From the NCBI GenBank assembly GCA_016702335.1, contig JADJEF010000020.1, positions 1,538,032-1,602,031 of the forward strand: a stretch of 64,000 bases of DNA, given 5' to 3'. Source of the stretch: Rhodocyclaceae bacterium. GTDB taxonomy: Bacteria > Pseudomonadota > Gammaproteobacteria > Burkholderiales > Rhodocyclaceae. Of the stretch, positions 53,400-62,635 are shown piece after piece. The notes under the pieces are model-generated. The model was given only the letters and a program-made list of their open reading frames with translations. It was not told the origin of the DNA and ran no database searches. Each line of letters begins with the position of its first letter. Positions within the stretch are counted from its first letter, which is position 1. The position numbers were made by a program, and so were the translations under genes.

Positions 53400-55619
53400 A
53401 TGTCCCGTTTTACCCGTTTCACCTCACGTCGCCAGCCGCTGGCGGCTGCCGTCGCCACGGCAATCGCCGTCCTGTCAGCGCCGACTTGGGCGCAGCAGTT
53501 GCTCCAGGAAACCGTCGTCTCCGGCTCGCGCATCGAGCAGGAAATCGACAGCGTGCCGGCCACGCTCACGGTCATCACTGACGAGACCATTGCCCGCGAA
53601 AACCCCACTGATCTCGACGACCTGCTCAAGCATGAGGCGGGCGTTTCGGTGCGCAGCCAGCCCAATCGTTCGTCGGGTGTGTTCCGCGCCGTCGGCCGCG
53701 CCGGCAACGAGGGCGTGAACATTCGCGGCCTCGAAGGTGACCAGGTGCGTCTGCAGGTCGATGGCGTCGCCCTGCCCATGACCTACAGCAGCGGCCCCTA
53801 CGCCGCCGGGCGCGGTGATGTGATCGACCCCGAGGGCTACAAACAGGTCGAGATCCTGCGCGGGGCGGCCTCGACCCAGTTCGGTTCCGACGGCCTCGCC
53901 GGGGCCGTGAGCTTTCGCACCAAGGACCCGGCCGACCTGCTGACGCTGGGCAAGGACGTGCAGGGCAACATAAAGTTGGCCTATGCCTCGGCCAATCGCG
54001 AATGGCAGTTCGCGCCCTCGGCCGCATTCAAGACCGACAGCGTGCAGGGCATGGTGCTGGCCAGCTACCGGCGCGGTCATGAGACCGAGACCATGGGCAC
54101 GAACAACGCGCACAGCGTCAATCGCACCAGCGCCAACCCCTCGGAGCGCGACGCCGATTACCTGCTGGCCAAGCTGGTCTGGTCGCCCTCGGCGGCGCAT
54201 CAGTTCAAGCTCACCGCCGAGTCGCTCAAGCGCGACAACGCCACCGATGTGTACACGTTCTTTGGCGACCCCTTCGCCGCCGCCACGCTCACCGACGTCG
54301 AGGTCGAAGAAAAGGTCACGCGCGAACTGGTCAAGCTCGACTACCGCTACGTGCCGCAGAACCTGTGGTTCGATCTGCTCGAACTCTCGCTCTATACGCA
54401 GGCATCGGAAAACCGCCAGCTCGGGCTGGAGCGCCGTTCGGCCAACCCCCTGCTGCGCACCCGCGATACCCGCTATGCCGAAGACACGCTGGGCGGCAGC
54501 CTGCTGCTGGAGAGCAATCTGCGCTTGGGCAGTACCGAGCACCGCGTGGTCGGCGGGCTGGATCTCGTGCGCAACGACGTGACCTCGCTCAAGGATGGCT
54601 ACAACAGCTCGGGCGCCGCCTTCGTGGCCAACAAGAGCTTTCCCGATACCGGGTACCGCACGCTCGGCGCTTTCCTTCAGGATGAAATCCGTCTCGGCCC
54701 GGTCAGCTTCACGCCGGGGGTGCGCTACGACGAATTCAAGCTCTCGCCCAAGGCCGACGCGCTGTATCGGGTGAACAACACCGTCGCCCCCGCCGCGCTC
54801 AAAGGCGATGAACTCTCGCCGCGTCTGGGCGCGATCTGGTCCGTGTCGCCCCTGCTTCAGCCCTACGCGCAGTACGCGCACGGCTTTCGCGCGACCAAAC
54901 CCAGCCAGGTCAATGGCGGTGTCACCAACCTGACCACGGTCACCGGTTCCGGCCCCTACACCTCGCAAGGCAACCCCGACCTGCTGCCCGAAACCAGCGA
55001 CACCGTCGAGCTCGGCCTGCGCGGGCGCGACGCTACCCGGCGTTACAGCGTGTCGGTGTTCAAGGGCAAGTACAAGGATTTCATTGCCTCCAATCAGCTG
55101 GTGGCGAGCAATGTGGACCTCGGGCTGGGGCCGCTGGTCGATGTCTTCCAGACCGTCAACCTCTCCCGCGTCACCCTGCAAGGTTTTGAAGCGCGCGGCG
55201 AATGGGCATTCGCCAAGGGCTGGCGCACCAGCCTCGCCTACGCCCACGTCAAGGGCGACTCGGATGACGGCAACACCAAAGCCCCGCTGGCCACCGTCGA
55301 CCCCGACAAGCTGGTGCTCGGACTGAGCTACGAGCAGGCCGGGCACTGGGGCGCATCCGCCACCGCGACGGCGGTCGAGCGCAAGCAGCGCAACCCGGAC
55401 CCGACCACCTACACCGCGCCGGGCTACCGACTGCTCGACCTCTCCGCGTGGTACGCGTTCAGCAAAGCCACGCGCCTCGCCACGACGCTCAACAATGTCT
55501 TCGACCGCAAATACGTCGAATGGGCCGACGTGCGCGACCTGGCGGCGACGAGCACCGTGCTCGACGCCTATACGCAGCCGGGGCGCAACTTCACCGTCAG
55601 CCTGACGCACAGCTTCTGA
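53400..55619 (+). CDS. TonB-dependent outer-membrane receptor (heme/metalloporphyrin-type candidate)
   Basis: RBS aaaggaa. Signal peptide incorporating the dispersed repeat (AIAVLSAPTWA/QQ). Plug domain. Ends ...SLTHSF. Confidence 0.85.
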   Translation: MSRFTRFTSRRQPLAAAVATAIAVLSAPTWAQQLLQETVVSGSRIEQEIDSVPATLTVITDETIARENPTDLDDLLKHEAGVSVRSQPNRSSGVFRAVGRAGNEGVNIRGLEGDQVRLQVDGVALPMTYSSGPYAAGRGDVIDPEGYKQVEILRGAASTQFGSDGLAGAVSFRTKDPADLLTLGKDVQGNIKLAYASANREWQFAPSAAFKTDSVQGMVLASYRRGHETETMGTNNAHSVNRTSANPSERDADYLLAKLVWSPSAAHQFKLTAESLKRDNATDVYTFFGDPFAAATLTDVEVEEKVTRELVKLDYRYVPQNLWFDLLELSLYTQASENRQLGLERRSANPLLRTRDTRYAEDTLGGSLLLESNLRLGSTEHRVVGGLDLVRNDVTSLKDGYNSSGAAFVANKSFPDTGYRTLGAFLQDEIRLGPVSFTPGVRYDEFKLSPKADALYRVNNTVAPAALKGDELSPRLGAIWSVSPLLQPYAQYAHGFRATKPSQVNGGVTNLTTVTGSGPYTSQGNPDLLPETSDTVELGLRGRDATRRYSVSVFKGKYKDFIASNQLVASNVDLGLGPLVDVFQTVNLSRVTLQGFEARGEWAFAKGWRTSLAYAHVKGDSDDGNTKAPLATVDPDKLVLGLSYEQAGHWGASATATAVERKQRNPDPTTYTAPGYRLLDLSAWYAFSKATRLATTLNNVFDRKYVEWADVRDLAATSTVLDAYTQPGRNFTVSLTHSF
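53465..53490 (+). repeat. dispersed element copy 12 (TCAGCGCC variant)
   Basis: CGCCGTcctgTCAGCGCCGACTTGGGC. Forms the signal-peptide h/c-region of the TonB-dependent receptor (AIAVLSAPTWA). Confidence 0.8.
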
Positions 55620-55620
55620 C

Positions 55621-58600
55621 ATGCGCGCCATCTTGCTGTTACTGCTGTGCGTGGCGAACTTAACCTGCCACGCCGCCCACCTGCTGGTCGTCACCACCGG
55701 CCCCGTCACCGCCGGCAAGTTCCGTGTGCTGGACGAGGCGGCGCGGGCGCATGGCCTTACCATCGAAGCGCGTTTTGTCGAGAAGCTCGACCGTCCCGTC
55801 AATGCCGACTTCTGGCGTGGGGCGGACGCCGTGCTGTTCGACACCCCGCGCGAACACATGGAAGAAGCCGTGCGCGCCAAGGTCGCCCCGGCGCTGCCGG
55901 CCCTGGCGCAGGCCAAGCTGCCGGTGCTCTGGGCACCGGCCAGCGCGCCGCGCGCAAGCCACCTGCCGGACGAGCTGGCGCGCCGGCTGCACGCCCATTA
56001 CGTCAATGGCGGGCGCGACAACAACGCCGGCTTTGTCGCCACGCTGGCGGCGCACCTGCAAGGCAAACCGTGGCAGGCGTTGCCCGGCATCAAACCGCCC
56101 ATCGTCTTTCCGGCCACGGCCATCTACCACCCGCGCGCACCGGCGACGGTGTTTTCCGACACGGCGGCGTATCGCGCGTGGCATGGCCGACGCGCTACGC
56201 AACCCGTCGTCGCCATCGCCTTCCACCAGCAGGCCATCGCCGCCGGCCAGACCGGTCTGATCGACGACCTGATCGCCCGCATCGAGGCGGCCGGGGCGCT
56301 GCCGCTGGCCTTTTACAGCCCGGTGATGGACAACACGGCCATCACGGCCTTGCTCAAACCCAAGGGCGAGCGCGTCGCCGACGTCCTGATCAACACCCAG
56401 ATCGTGCTCAACCCGGAGGGGCGACGCAGCGAATTCGCCGCGCTCGGCATCCCGGTGCTTCAGGCATTGCACTACAAGAAAGGCGACGAGGCGGCCTGGC
56501 GTGCCGACACGGTCGGCATCACGCTCATGGACGTGCCCTTCTATGTCTCGCAGCCCGAATACGCCGGCATCCACGACATTCAGGTGGCCTCGGTCACCGA
56601 CCCGGCGACCGAGCTGGTGACGCCCATTGCCGATCAGGCGGCGAGCGTGGTCGGCAAGGCGGTAAATCTGGCGCGCCTCGCCCACCTGCCCAATCGCGAA
56701 AAACGCGTGGCGGTGATGTTCTGGAACTACCCCTCGGGCGAAAAAAACCTCGGCGCGTCATTCATGAACCTGCCCGAGAGCCTCGCGCATACCTTGCGTG
56801 AAATGAAAGCTGTCGGCTATCGCGTGGAAACCCCCGAGCCGCGCCAGCTCACCCTGCTCTTGCAGCGTCTGCTGGTGCCCTTCTACCGCCCGGCACTACA
56901 AGTCCGTGACGAGATGGAAACGCTGCTGCGCGAAGGGCTCGCCGAGGCGATACCGATGAGCGCGTACAAGCGCTGGTTCGACGCCCTGCCCGAGGATGTG
57001 CAACAGCGCTGGCTGCAGGCCATGGGCTACCCGGAAAAATCCGGCTTCGCCATCCGTCGCGACGGCGTGCAGTACTTCGTCGTGCCGCGCCTGAAACTGG
57101 GCAATGTGACCATCCTGCCGCAGCCGCCGCGCGGCGAGCCGACGGCCGGCAGCCTCGCCGCCACCGAAAAGGCGCTCTACCACTCCAGCAGCGCCGCGCC
57201 CACGCACTACTACATGGCCGCCTACCTGTGGCTGCGCCAGCAGATGCAGCTCGACGCGCTGGTGCATTTCGGCACCCACGGCACGCAGGAATGGCTGCCC
57301 GGCAAGGAGCGCGGGCTGGCACTCACCGACTACCCGCTCATGGCGCTAGGCGACGTGCCGGTGATCTACCCCTACATCATCGACAACATCGGCGAGGCGG
57401 TGCAGACCAAGCGGCGCGGGCGCGCCGTAAATATCAGCCACCAGACCGCACCGTTCACGCCCGCCGGCCTGCACGATGCCTTCACCAAGCTGCACGACGA
57501 ACTGCACGCCTGGCTGGCGCAGGACGCCGGCCCGGTACGCGACCAGATTCGCGACGAGCTGATCGCGCGCGTGCTGCGCGAAAACCTGCACCGTGACATG
57601 GGCTGGGACGAAGCGCGCATGACGCGCGAATTCCGCCCCTTCATCGACGCCCTGCACGACCACCTGCACGAGCTGGCGCAGGCCGCGCAGCCTGCCGGGC
57701 TGCACACCTTCGGCCGTGGCGCGGGCGAGCATGCACGCTTGGCCACGCTGCTCATGATGCTGGGCAACGAGTTCTGGGAGGCAGCCTACAAGCACAGCGG
57801 CGGCGACCCGGCCGAGGCGGACGAGGCGATCATCGCCAACTACGACCAGCTCGCCGGCACCACGCCCTATCGCCTGCTCAAGACGCAACTGGCGCAAGCC
57901 GACGACACGGCGCTGCCCGAGCCTTTGCGCACGCACATGGCGCAGGCGCGGCGCTGGCATAGCGACCTTGACGCGCGTTCGGAAACACAGGCGCTGCTGG
58001 CCGCGCTGGCCGGGCAGTACATCGCCACCAGCTACGGCGGCGACCCGATCAAGAACCCGGACGCCCTGCCCACCGGGCGCAACGTCTATGGCTTCGACCC
58101 TTCGCGCGTGCCCACCAAGGCCGCATGGGAAGCGGGCAAGGCGGCGCTGGAGCAGCTGGTCGCGGCGCACAAGGCCAGGAGCGGTAGCGCACCGAAAAAG
58201 CTTGCCTTCACGCTCTGGTCAGTCGAGACCATGCGCCATCAGGGCATGCTCGAAGCGCAGGCGCTGTGGGCGCTCGGTGTCGAGCCGGTGTGGGATGCCG
58301 GCGGGCGCGTCACCGATGTCAGGCTGGTGTCGCGCAAGGCGCTGGGCCGGGCGCGCATCGACGTGGTGCTCTCGGCCACGGGCCTCTACCGCGACCACTT
58401 TCCCAATGCCATGAAGCAGCTGGCCAAAGCCGCGCAGCTGGCCGCACAAGCACCGGAGGCAGTGAAAGAAACGGATAACCCGGTGACGCAGAATGCCCGC
58501 GCACTAGTCGCGCAACTGACCACCCAGGGCTGGAGCGGCGCCGCCGCGCAGAAGGCCGCCGCCACGCGCATCTACTCGGCCGCGAGCGGCAACTACGGCT

Positions 58601-59694
58601 CGGGGCTGGACGATGCCGCGACCGCCACCGATACCTGGCAGAGCAAGGCCGAAGGTGACAAAAAACTGGCCGAGCTGTACCTGAAAAAGATGCAGTTCGC
58701 CTTCGGCCCCGATGAAGCCGACTGGGGCAAGAGCGGCGGCGATCTGGCACGCGAGGCGGGCGTGTCGGAAGAGCAGCTGGAAAAAGCCGCAGAGCAGGGC
58801 AGCCTCGCCGTCAATCTTTACGCCGCCACGCTCAAGGGCACCGAGGCGGCGGTGCTGGCACGCACCTCCAACCTCTACGGCATGCTCACCACCGACGACC
58901 CCTTCCAGTACCTGGGCGGCATTGCCACGGCGGTACGGCATCTCGACGGGCAGGCACCCGGCCTCTACATCGCCAACCAGCGCGGCAGCGGGCCGGGGCG
59001 CATCGAGGAGGCCGGTGCCTTTCTGGCCAAGGAACTGGCCACGCGCCAGTTCCACCCCGGCTACATCAAGCACCTGATGGCCGAGGGCTACGCCGGCACG
59101 CTGGAACTGCTCGACGGCATGAACAACTTCGCCGGCTGGACGTCAGTTGCGCGCGAGATCGTGCGCGATGACCAGTGGCAACAGTTCGCCGAGGTCTACG
59201 TGCAGGACAAGCACAATCTCGGGCTGGACAAATGGTTCGAGGCGCAGAACCCGCACGCGCAGGCGCAGATGGTCGAGCGCATGCTCGAAGCGGCGCGCCA
59301 CGGCTACTGGCAGGCCGATCCGGCGACCGTTGAAACACTGAAGGCACGCTACCGTGACCTCGCCGTGCGCTATGACGTGCGTACCGATAACGTCGCCCTG
59401 CAGAAGTTCGCCGGGCTGCCCGGGTACGGGCTGGGTCGCTCGGTGGCACCGCCGCCCGAGGCGGTAGCGCAGCCGCCGGCGGCCGCCTCACGACCGGCGC
59501 TGCGGCAAACCGCCGTACCACCAGCGCCGACTTCCCGACCCGCCGCCGAACCAACACCCCTGATCACCGGCCAGAAGTTGCAGAAGGTCGCGGACGCGGT
59601 TGTCGAAGCAACGCCATGGCTGGGAATGCTCGCGCTGATTCTGATTGCGCTGACACCCCTGGGCGGCGCACTGCGGCAATGGCGGCGCGCATGA
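55621..59694 (+). CDS. CobN/Mg-chelatase-family large subunit homolog (HmuS-like putative metalloporphyrin chelatase/dechelatase)
   Basis: 1357 aa. CobN-family core (HFGTHGTQEWLPGKERGL). Signal-like N-terminus. Sits between a TonB-dependent receptor and a ChaN-like gene. Confidence 0.8.
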   Translation: MRAILLLLLCVANLTCHAAHLLVVTTGPVTAGKFRVLDEAARAHGLTIEARFVEKLDRPVNADFWRGADAVLFDTPREHMEEAVRAKVAPALPALAQAKLPVLWAPASAPRASHLPDELARRLHAHYVNGGRDNNAGFVATLAAHLQGKPWQALPGIKPPIVFPATAIYHPRAPATVFSDTAAYRAWHGRRATQPVVAIAFHQQAIAAGQTGLIDDLIARIEAAGALPLAFYSPVMDNTAITALLKPKGERVADVLINTQIVLNPEGRRSEFAALGIPVLQALHYKKGDEAAWRADTVGITLMDVPFYVSQPEYAGIHDIQVASVTDPATELVTPIADQAASVVGKAVNLARLAHLPNREKRVAVMFWNYPSGEKNLGASFMNLPESLAHTLREMKAVGYRVETPEPRQLTLLLQRLLVPFYRPALQVRDEMETLLREGLAEAIPMSAYKRWFDALPEDVQQRWLQAMGYPEKSGFAIRRDGVQYFVVPRLKLGNVTILPQPPRGEPTAGSLAATEKALYHSSSAAPTHYYMAAYLWLRQQMQLDALVHFGTHGTQEWLPGKERGLALTDYPLMALGDVPVIYPYIIDNIGEAVQTKRRGRAVNISHQTAPFTPAGLHDAFTKLHDELHAWLAQDAGPVRDQIRDELIARVLRENLHRDMGWDEARMTREFRPFIDALHDHLHELAQAAQPAGLHTFGRGAGEHARLATLLMMLGNEFWEAAYKHSGGDPAEADEAIIANYDQLAGTTPYRLLKTQLAQADDTALPEPLRTHMAQARRWHSDLDARSETQALLAALAGQYIATSYGGDPIKNPDALPTGRNVYGFDPSRVPTKAAWEAGKAALEQLVAAHKARSGSAPKKLAFTLWSVETMRHQGMLEAQALWALGVEPVWDAGGRVTDVRLVSRKALGRARIDVVLSATGLYRDHFPNAMKQLAKAAQLAAQAPEAVKETDNPVTQNARALVAQLTTQGWSGAAAQKAAATRIYSAASGNYGSGLDDAATATDTWQSKAEGDKKLAELYLKKMQFAFGPDEADWGKSGGDLAREAGVSEEQLEKAAEQGSLAVNLYAATLKGTEAAVLARTSNLYGMLTTDDPFQYLGGIATAVRHLDGQAPGLYIANQRGSGPGRIEEAGAFLAKELATRQFHPGYIKHLMAEGYAGTLELLDGMNNFAGWTSVAREIVRDDQWQQFAEVYVQDKHNLGLDKWFEAQNPHAQAQMVERMLEAARHGYWQADPATVETLKARYRDLAVRYDVRTDNVALQKFAGLPGYGLGRSVAPPPEAVAQPPAAASRPALRQTAVPPAPTSRPAAEPTPLITGQKLQKVADAVVEATPWLGMLALILIALTPLGGALRQWRRA
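59511..59537 (+). repeat. dispersed element copy 13 (CTTCCCGACCC sub-variant, as copy 11)
   Basis: CGCCGTaccaCCAGCGCCGACTTCCCGACC. Near the 3' end of the CobN-like gene (TAVPPAPTSRP). Confidence 0.85.
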
Positions 59695-60572
59695 GAGCCG
59701 GCCTTATCACTCTGCTGCTGATGGCCAGTCTCGGCACGCAGGCGCACCCGCTGGATGGGCAATGGTGGGACGTCAAGGCGCAGCGTTTCAGCGACGAGAA
59801 GAGCGTGCAGGCGCGTGCGACGGCGGCGCGCTACGTGCTGCTTGGCGAAAAGCACGACAGCGACATTCACCACGCCGAGCAGCTGGCCATGCTTCAGGCA
59901 CTGGCCAGCCACGGCTGGCGCGGTGCCCTGGCCATGGAGCAGTTCGACCAGATAAACCAAGCGGCCCTCACCGCCGCACAACAGACCGGCGCGCGCGATG
60001 CCGACACACTCGCCGACGCTGGCCAGCTCAATCGCAAAGGCTGGCGCTGGCCAATGTACAAGGACCTGATCGCCTTCGCTGCCGCGCAAGGCTGGCCGCT
60101 GCGGGCGGCCAACCTGTCGCGTGCCGAAGGGCGCGCCATTGTGCTCGGCGAAACCACGCCCACGCTACCGCCGGCCGACGCGGCACAGACGGCCGCGCTG
60201 GAAGTCGACGTGATTCAGGGCCATTGCGGCGAGGCGCCCGAGCCGGCACGCCTCACCGCCATCGTGCTCGCCCAGCGCGCCCGCGATGCACGCATGGCCG
60301 AGGCGCTGCGCGCGGTCGGCACGCCCGTGGTGCTGATCGCCGGCGCCGGCCATGTGCGCACCGATCGCGCCGTGCCGCGTTACCTGACGCCGCCGGACTC
60401 GGCGCTGGCCATTGCCTATGTCGAAATCGACGCTGGAAATACCACACCTGCACAGTACGACCTCGCCGGCTTCGATCTTGTCCGCTTCACCCCGGCCACG
60501 GTGCGCCCCGACCCCTGCGCCGTGCCGCTCACCGGTTCCGTTTCACCCTCATCAACCAAGGAAAAACCATGA
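59691..60572 (+). CDS. ChaN-family heme-binding lipoprotein-like protein
   Basis: ATGA overlap with the CobN-like gene. ChaN/DUF399-like sequence (YVLLGEKHDSDIHH...VVLIAGAGHV). Confidence 0.65.
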   Translation: MRAGLITLLLMASLGTQAHPLDGQWWDVKAQRFSDEKSVQARATAARYVLLGEKHDSDIHHAEQLAMLQALASHGWRGALAMEQFDQINQAALTAAQQTGARDADTLADAGQLNRKGWRWPMYKDLIAFAAAQGWPLRAANLSRAEGRAIVLGETTPTLPPADAAQTAALEVDVIQGHCGEAPEPARLTAIVLAQRARDARMAEALRAVGTPVVLIAGAGHVRTDRAVPRYLTPPDSALAIAYVEIDAGNTTPAQYDLAGFDLVRFTPATVRPDPCAVPLTGSVSPSSTKEKP

Positions 60573-61057
60573 ACGACAGCACCCTGATTGAACTTTTGAT
60601 GTACCAGATCGGCCAGCTTTTTTTGCTGCCCGTGCTCGGCCTCGTCGGCCTGCTCTTTGTCTATGCACTCTGGGTGCTCGGCCGCTTTGCCGTGCAGGCC
60701 TGGCAGCGCCGGCAGGCCAGTGCCGCCGGATTTCCCTTGCGCGCCTACCTGCAGCGCCGCCCGCAGGCCAGCGCCGACGAGCTCGACCTCTATGCACACA
60801 AGCTGCTCGAACCCGAGCGCCTGGCCAGCCGCATCGCGCCCATGCTCGGGCTGGTGGGCACCATGATCCCCATGGGCCCGGCGCTCAAGTCGCTGGCCGA
60901 TGGCAATCTTGCCAAAGTGTCAGGGAATCTCACCGTCGCCTTCTCGGCCGTCATCCTCGCCCTGCTCGCCGCCAGCATCACCTACTGGGTGTCAAACGTG
61001 CGCAAGCGCTGGCTGGCCGAAGAGCTGGTGGCGCTGCAACAGGGGGCAGCGGCATGA
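60569..61057 (+). CDS. MotA/TolQ/ExbB-family proton-channel protein (short form)
   Basis: ATGA overlap with the ChaN gene. Three TM helices. The upstream in-frame extension from 59762 is rejected. Confidence 0.7.
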   Translation: MNDSTLIELLMYQIGQLFLLPVLGLVGLLFVYALWVLGRFAVQAWQRRQASAAGFPLRAYLQRRPQASADELDLYAHKLLEPERLASRIAPMLGLVGTMIPMGPALKSLADGNLAKVSGNLTVAFSAVILALLAASITYWVSNVRKRWLAEELVALQQGAAA

Positions 61058-61368
61058 GCCTGAAAATCCTGCATGAAGCGGAGAACGACGATCCGATTCT
61101 CTCGGTGGTGAACATCATCGACATCTTCCTCGTCATCATCGCCGCGCTGCTCATCACTGTCGCGCAGAACCCCATGCTCAATGCCTTCAGCCAACGCGAC
61201 GTAACGGTAATCACCGACGCCGGCAAACCGACGATGGAAATGATGGTCAAGAAAGGCGAAAAGATCGAACGCTACAAATCCCGCGGCCAGATCGGTCAGG
61301 GCGAAGGCGCGAAAGCCGGCACCGCGTATCGCATGAAGGACGGAGGGATTGTTTATGTGCCGGAGTGA
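61054..61368 (+). CDS. DUF2149-like small membrane protein (ExbD-analog partner)
   Basis: Single TM (IIDIFLVIIAALLI). 4-bp overlap with the ExbB-like gene. Typical companion in CobN-associated clusters. Confidence 0.55.
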   Translation: MSLKILHEAENDDPILSVVNIIDIFLVIIAALLITVAQNPMLNAFSQRDVTVITDAGKPTMEMMVKKGEKIERYKSRGQIGQGEGAKAGTAYRMKDGGIVYVPE

Positions 61369-61447
61369 GGAAGCGCGCCAAGCGCAAAATTCCAGACGAT
61401 TTCGCCTCTTCCTGCGCGTGACCGGTGCTTTGATGCAGATAGTCAGC

Positions 61448-62389
61448 TCAATGGTGGGCCTTGAGCGCCCGCTCCAGAAACTGGAAGACTTTTTCAAGAT
61501 TCTGCGGTGTCTCGAACTGCGGGCCACCATGACCCGCTCCTTCGATGATTTCCAGGCTAACCCTTTCGGGCCCACCGATGCGACGAATCGCCTCGGCAAA
61601 CTGGATCGACTGCTGCGTGGGCACCAACGGGTCCTTTGAACCATGTTGAATGAAGAAGGGCGGTGAGTTCGGGGTCAGATGCGAGGCGGGGTTGGCCGCC
61701 TTCACAAGATCCGGAACCTTGTTGATGGCCTGACCAAGGTACCGTGATTCCGGCGAGCCTTGTGCAGAGTGATCTGGCCGCCCGATTCCCGATGCGGCAA
61801 ATTGTTCATCCATAGTCAGAAAGTCGATCGGACCAAACCAGTCGATGACCGCCTGCACGCGATCATTTTCGTCGCGACCCGCCGCACCTGCCCAGGCGGC
61901 CAGATTGCCACCCGCCGATCCGCCCCACGTCGCAAAGCGCTTTGTATCCAGCTGATACCGGCCTGCATTGATCCTTAGAAAGCGAATGGCAGCCTGAACA
62001 TCATCGGTCGCCGCAGGAAAAATTGCTTCGCCACTCATGCGGTAATTGATCGACACGACCGCATAGCCGCGCTTGATCCCAGTCAGGGGGGCATTGAGCT
62101 GCCCGTCGGCCTTATCCCCCATCATGAAGCCGCCACCATGAATGGCCACAATCACGGGAAAGGGCCCCGTGCCAGTGTCGGGAAGATAGATATCCAGTTT
62201 TTGCGCGGGCGATTGCCGCCCATAGGGCAGATCGATCCACTTTCGTTGCACCTGGCTCGTATCGGCCGCTTTCGGCATCATCCCTCCGGGTGGCGGCCCC
62301 GGCATTTCGGCCAATGCCGTTTGTTGGATGCCGACGCACGCAGCAATCAGAAGAAATACGCTTCGGGAGGTGGAATCAGATTTTTTCAT
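61448..62389 (-). CDS. secreted alpha/beta-hydrolase (carboxylesterase/lipase-like)
   Basis: Signal peptide. HGGGF oxyanion motif. GGSAGG nucleophile elbow. Confidence 0.8.
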   Translation of the reverse strand: MKKSDSTSRSVFLLIAACVGIQQTALAEMPGPPPGGMMPKAADTSQVQRKWIDLPYGRQSPAQKLDIYLPDTGTGPFPVIVAIHGGGFMMGDKADGQLNAPLTGIKRGYAVVSINYRMSGEAIFPAATDDVQAAIRFLRINAGRYQLDTKRFATWGGSAGGNLAAWAGAAGRDENDRVQAVIDWFGPIDFLTMDEQFAASGIGRPDHSAQGSPESRYLGQAINKVPDLVKAANPASHLTPNSPPFFIQHGSKDPLVPTQQSIQFAEAIRRIGGPERVSLEIIEGAGHGGPQFETPQNLEKVFQFLERALKAHH

Positions 62390-62635
62390 GGGGTCCTTTC
62401 GTCTGGCGATGGCGGCTTCAAGATGGCAACACTCTCTCGGTTAAGCCAACTCCGTCAGCCCGCCTCGAGCGTACATGCGCAATCAGATCAAAGTCAAACA
62501 AGACAGGTAGGCGCAGGGCTATTGTCACCTGATGTGGCCACGCTATGACGCGTATCGCAAAAATCAATTGGGCGCTGTGTGCGTGGCTGCCTAGTATCCG
62601 GTCAAGCCACAACACGCCGTTCAACCCCTGCCTAG

